Shown here piece by piece: positions 8,380 through 11,938 of a stretch of DNA of 11,938 nucleotides; the first letter of the stretch is position 1, and each line of letters opens with the position of its first letter. Location of the stretch: positions 1 to 11,938 of the forward strand of contig JBDRKI010000088.1 of NCBI GenBank assembly GCA_043814095.1, read 5' to 3'. The notes under the pieces were generated by a model that did no database searches, had not been told where the DNA came from, and was given only the letters and a program-made list of their open reading frames with translations. This stretch comes from Armatimonadota bacterium. GTDB taxonomy: Bacteria; Vulcanimicrobiota; JACPDS01; JBDRKI01. The position numbers were made by a program, and so were the translations under genes.

Positions 8380-10041
8380 ATGAAAATAGATAAAATTGCT
8401 CCTTATTTAAGCCAGTCATCAGGCAAGGATTTTGATCTTGAAGTTTTCAATCCTTCTTCTTCCGAAACAAGGCTTAAAGACGGCAGGGAGATACTTTATA
8501 ATATCGTAGATGTTGAAGGAATATACGCTGCCGGCAAATTTAAAGAAAAAGTTAATGAACTTCTTAATGAACTTAACGATCTGGATACAGAGAAAGCCTT
8601 AAATGCGGCATCGGAGTTAAGAGAACTTTTTTCTTATGATATTAATTTAAATGATGAGAATTTTAAAACAGTTAAAGAAGCGATGATTTTAATAGTAAAC
8701 GGATTTTTGCTTAATAAAAATAAAGACGATAAACTCAGGGCAAGATTGGTCCTTGTGCTCGGCAAAATAGCCCATCTTATTACCAAGAAACTGGATGATC
8801 AGAACCCGCTTGTGCGCGAAAAAACGATAAAAATGTTTAACTCAATAATATGGGTTTTTTCCTGCATATTAAAAGATGATGAAGAGTTGTCTATGGTAAA
8901 AAGCAATACGACTAAAGCCCTGGATTATATGTGTTTATCATCCATCCCCAAACTTATAGACACTATGAGCGATGAAAACGAACAGGTTAAAATCAATGCG
9001 AAAGTAGTAGTAAGCAACATAATTACCGCTCTTGTTAAAATAATTAAATCCAAACAAAGAACCGAGAGCATGCAGGAAAATGTTGTCAGTGTATTAAGCA
9101 GGATCGGTATCGCGGCGGTGCCGGAGCTTTCACAGCTTCTTTCAAGCAGGGACAAAGAAACCTGCATAACGGCCGCTCGTGTTATTAGAAATATCGGATG
9201 GAAAGCCCAAGGAGCCATTCCCGAGCTTATAAACGCGCTGGAGAATAGAGATGAGGAAATACGGGAAGCTGTTATTGACGCCCTGGTTAATATAGGGCAG
9301 GCAACGGCCGTTGCGGTTATTGAAAGGCTTGATAAAGACGAAACCTGCTATCCTAGAAATCTGCTTATCGCAAAAGGTATGATTGATGTATTGAGAAAAA
9401 TAGGCAAAAAAGACTACGCTCAAAACATTAAAGGAGAAGCATCGCGCGCCGTTGCAAATTTTTTGTGGCATTGCATGAAAAATCAGACAAAAGACGGCAC
9501 TTTAATGGGTCAGTACAGAGAGCTTATGCGTTTATCTGCGGAACTGCTGGGAGGATGGGAGTCTTCTGCCGGCTCAGCATACAACACCCTTGAGAATATA
9601 TTTAAAGTTGACAAAAAGGATAAAGAAGGTAATAAAAATCTAAATATTAATGCAGAACTGGTTAATTTTACGCCAGTACTTGACGCGGCGGCTTGCGCGA
9701 TGGTTAAGATAAATCAGCATGAAGCTGTTAAATACTTTCTCAATAATAAGGATACTGAGAAACTTATAAAAGAAGACAGCAAAAAACTTCACGCCGTGGT
9801 ATTCGCATTTGGGGAAGTAAAATCCCCGCCGCTCGAGGTAGTTAATTATCTTATAAAAGCGCTGGATGCCCAAGAATATTTTACGCGCAAAACAGCGGTT
9901 CAATCTTTAGGCAAACTGGGTTCTTCGGCAAAAACGGCCTTGCCCGCATTGAAAGAGCTGTATGACGGCAGATATAAGAATCACGATGACATGAAAGATA
10001 CAATTAAAATTGCGATAGGGAGTATTAAAAATAACAGGTAA
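8380..10041 (+). CDS. HEAT-repeat (PBS lyase HEAT-like) alpha-solenoid protein
   Basis: Repeated units such as AVPELSQLLSSRDKETCITAARVIRNIG, AIPELINALENRDEEIREAVIDALVNIG and LIKALDAQEYFTRKTAVQSLGKLGSSAKTALPAL. It starts 16 nt after the upstream stop, with SD AAGGAG. Confidence 0.88.
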   Translation: MKIDKIAPYLSQSSGKDFDLEVFNPSSSETRLKDGREILYNIVDVEGIYAAGKFKEKVNELLNELNDLDTEKALNAASELRELFSYDINLNDENFKTVKEAMILIVNGFLLNKNKDDKLRARLVLVLGKIAHLITKKLDDQNPLVREKTIKMFNSIIWVFSCILKDDEELSMVKSNTTKALDYMCLSSIPKLIDTMSDENEQVKINAKVVVSNIITALVKIIKSKQRTESMQENVVSVLSRIGIAAVPELSQLLSSRDKETCITAARVIRNIGWKAQGAIPELINALENRDEEIREAVIDALVNIGQATAVAVIERLDKDETCYPRNLLIAKGMIDVLRKIGKKDYAQNIKGEASRAVANFLWHCMKNQTKDGTLMGQYRELMRLSAELLGGWESSAGSAYNTLENIFKVDKKDKEGNKNLNINAELVNFTPVLDAAACAMVKINQHEAVKYFLNNKDTEKLIKEDSKKLHAVVFAFGEVKSPPLEVVNYLIKALDAQEYFTRKTAVQSLGKLGSSAKTALPALKELYDGRYKNHDDMKDTIKIAIGSIKNNR

Positions 10042-10062
10042 TCTTTTTTTTGGGGGGTATTT

Positions 10063-11802
10063 ATGGAGTATAAAATAAATCCGGTTTATGCGAAAATTAA
10101 TTATACTGCCGATACTTCCTATTTGAGCTATACGGAAGCTTTATCCTCTAAAGCCGATCAAATAGAGAAACTCAGTTTAAGCAAACAGTTTGATATCGCT
10201 GAAATGAAATTAAAAAATTATCCAAACCGGCCCAGGAAGTTTTGCCTTTTTATAGGCGTGGGCGATTATGATCACTGGGGGGTTGCAGATTTAAAATTCG
10301 CGAGAAAAGACGCCAAGGATATCTACAATTGTTTTCATTATAATAAAGAAGACATAGCTTTTATTTTAACCGATAGGAACGCGAGCAAGGAAAACATAGA
10401 AAAAGTTATGGAATTTATAAAAAAGAACAGTAGGGATCCCAGAAACGACATTAAGATATACTTTTCCGGCCACGGCACAAAAGAAAAGAATATCGCTAAA
10501 GATGAACTTAAAAGGCGCGCGTATCTTGTGCCCTGTGATGGTCTTTTAAATAAATATAACACATTGATAAGCATGCAGTATTTGGTTGATGCGGTTACGT
10601 CAACAAAAGGCAAAAAAAGTGTTTTTCTCGACAGCTGTTTTTCCGGAAGGTTTATAGGAAAAACAACGGCTGTTATTGACGACCTGCTTAAAGCGCCGGA
10701 ACCCGATCCCGAATTAAGCCCGTCAGTGGAGGATTTAAAGGAAAAACTGGAAAGCTCCAGGGAAATTTTCTGGCAGAACGCATCTCGGGGAGACCAGCAG
10801 GCAAGAGAAATTAAAGAATATAAAAACGGCATGTTTACTTACTGCCTTAAAAAAGCTCTGGGGTACGGCACGGAGATGGGCAGGGCGGACAGGGACAGAA
10901 ACAGGATAATTACCGAAGATGAGCTCTTAAGATATCTTGATTACGCGGTTCCCCATGAAACCTATAAATGGATGATAGTAAAAGGGTTTGTGGGCAGGCT
11001 GGAAGACATTTATAAATATTATTTAAAACCCGCTATCAAAAAAATAAAAAGCAAAAGAAATATACCGGAAGGCTGCCGCGCGGAACTGGAATATTATGAC
11101 CGGAGTATTGAAAAGAAAGCGGATAAAAGATATATCATAAAAACGGCTCTGGGTATTGTTATTGACGCGGCATATTATTATGACGATATAAATAAACAAT
11201 ATTTAAAGCCTCTGGTGGACAGGGTAATCGCTAAAGCCGCTGAAATAGGTGTTACAGTACAGACCCCCGTAAGCATAGACAGGTATATAGTTAATGATAA
11301 TGCGCAGAAAGACCTTATCATAAAGGCGGCTCCCGTAATATACGGGTACGATATAAACCAGTATGAGCACCAGGAGGCAATGGATGAAGCTTTTGAAAAA
11401 TTTCACCGCAATAAAGGCCGTGAATTAAGGTCTGTCCGCAGTGAAATAACGGGGGAAGAGCCGGTTGATTACCGGAAAGAATTCAACGATTTTAAAAGAA
11501 AAACCCTGATTTATTATATGGAATTAGGCACAGGGAAGATAGATGAGGTAATGCATGCGGATTTAAATAATGACGGCAAGCTTAATGAAATAGAGATTGC
11601 GATATATATAAAGAAAAAAGCCCAACCTGTTCTTTTAAAATGGATAATCAGAAGATTCTCGGATAATCCCCACAAGAGCTATGAAAATCTTACAAAAAAA
11701 GAAAGAATCACCGCGAAGCAAAGAGCAGACAGGGCAGGCGTTAGCGCCGCGCTTACACAGGATGAAATATTAATGCTTTATTATGAACTGTCTCACTATT
11801 GA
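10063..11802 (+). CDS. Caspase-family (peptidase C14) protein with helical insertion and C-terminal EF-hand module
   Basis: Motifs FIGVGDY, LKFARKDA, YFSGHG (H137), YLVPCD, FLDSCFSG (C192), ASRGDQQARE and NGMFTYCL. EF-hand-like loops at D276-E287 and D500-E511. It starts 21 nt after the HEAT gene stop. Confidence 0.9.
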   Translation: MEYKINPVYAKINYTADTSYLSYTEALSSKADQIEKLSLSKQFDIAEMKLKNYPNRPRKFCLFIGVGDYDHWGVADLKFARKDAKDIYNCFHYNKEDIAFILTDRNASKENIEKVMEFIKKNSRDPRNDIKIYFSGHGTKEKNIAKDELKRRAYLVPCDGLLNKYNTLISMQYLVDAVTSTKGKKSVFLDSCFSGRFIGKTTAVIDDLLKAPEPDPELSPSVEDLKEKLESSREIFWQNASRGDQQAREIKEYKNGMFTYCLKKALGYGTEMGRADRDRNRIITEDELLRYLDYAVPHETYKWMIVKGFVGRLEDIYKYYLKPAIKKIKSKRNIPEGCRAELEYYDRSIEKKADKRYIIKTALGIVIDAAYYYDDINKQYLKPLVDRVIAKAAEIGVTVQTPVSIDRYIVNDNAQKDLIIKAAPVIYGYDINQYEHQEAMDEAFEKFHRNKGRELRSVRSEITGEEPVDYRKEFNDFKRKTLIYYMELGTGKIDEVMHADLNNDGKLNEIEIAIYIKKKAQPVLLKWIIRRFSDNPHKSYENLTKKERITAKQRADRAGVSAALTQDEILMLYYELSHY

Positions 11803-11938
11803 CACTCTCCTGAATAAATTCAAGGAGATTCTCAGGCTACGCTTGCGGCAGTCCGCTGCGTTAGCGCCCGAAGGTTCTGCCCGAACCTAAGAATATTTAT
11901 TGCGGCATTTAAGTCTCTGTCTAATTCTATTCCGCAGA
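11799..11938 (-). mobile_element. Right end of an IS200/IS605-family (tnpB-carrying) element, running off the window
   Basis: Minus strand ...TGA-GAAT-CTCCTTGAATTTATTCAGGAG-AGTG-TCAA. The subterminal hairpin is preceded by GAAT and the end is TCAA (11802-11799), matching the IS608 right-end guide/cleavage tetranucleotides. It follows a tnpB C-terminus. Confidence 0.88.
11832..11938 (-). CDS. tnpB: 3' end of TnpB RNA-guided endonuclease (partial)
   Basis: The frame from 11936 translates as CGIELDRDLNAAINILRFGQNLRALTQRTAASVA*. This gives the last zinc-finger Cys followed by the RuvC-III motif DRDxNAAxNI. It is too short for the ORF track. Confidence 0.92.
   Translation of the reverse strand, partial: CGIELDRDLNAAINILRFGQNLRALTQRTAASVA

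Larger units (their letters stand above)
11779..11938 (-). ncRNA. Predicted TnpB omegaRNA/reRNA (scaffold plus flank-derived guide); boundaries approximate
   Basis: Three consecutive hairpins overlap the tnpB 3' end (11872-11888, 11836-11865, 11806-11828) and end at TCAA. By established TnpB biology the following ~16-20 nt of flank form the guide. Confidence 0.65.

Noticed and set aside
5918-11406. Minus-strand ORFs within the caspase/HEAT operon
   Set aside because: They are short, fully nested antisense to long motif-bearing genes, and have no independent support.

Overview
Bacterial chromosomal window, AT-rich, with an insertion-sequence end at each edge. On the minus strand (left half) are groES-groEL, with a perfect CIRCE operator, a consensus sigma70/sigA promoter and an intrinsic terminator, followed by an MBL-fold hydrolase, a secreted FecR-domain protein and rdgB. 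Bases 1-137 look like the left end and transposase start of an ISNCY/IS1202-like element. Divergent from groESL is a three-gene plus-strand operon, the most unusual part of the window. It encodes a 984-aa protein with three tandem caspase-like (peptidase C14, metacaspase-type) domains, all with intact His-Cys dyads, then a 553-aa HEAT-repeat protein, then a 579-aa protein with a fourth intact caspase domain, a helical insertion and a duplicated EF-hand module. Four TTAACA boxes at an exact 11-bp period (Pho-box/OmpR-family-like array) lie upstream of the operon's predicted promoter. At the right edge are the 3' end of an IS200/IS605 tnpB gene, omegaRNA-like hairpins and an IS608-type right end whose terminal TCAA forms the stop codon of the last caspase gene. 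All calls come from reading motifs by eye; no database searches were run.
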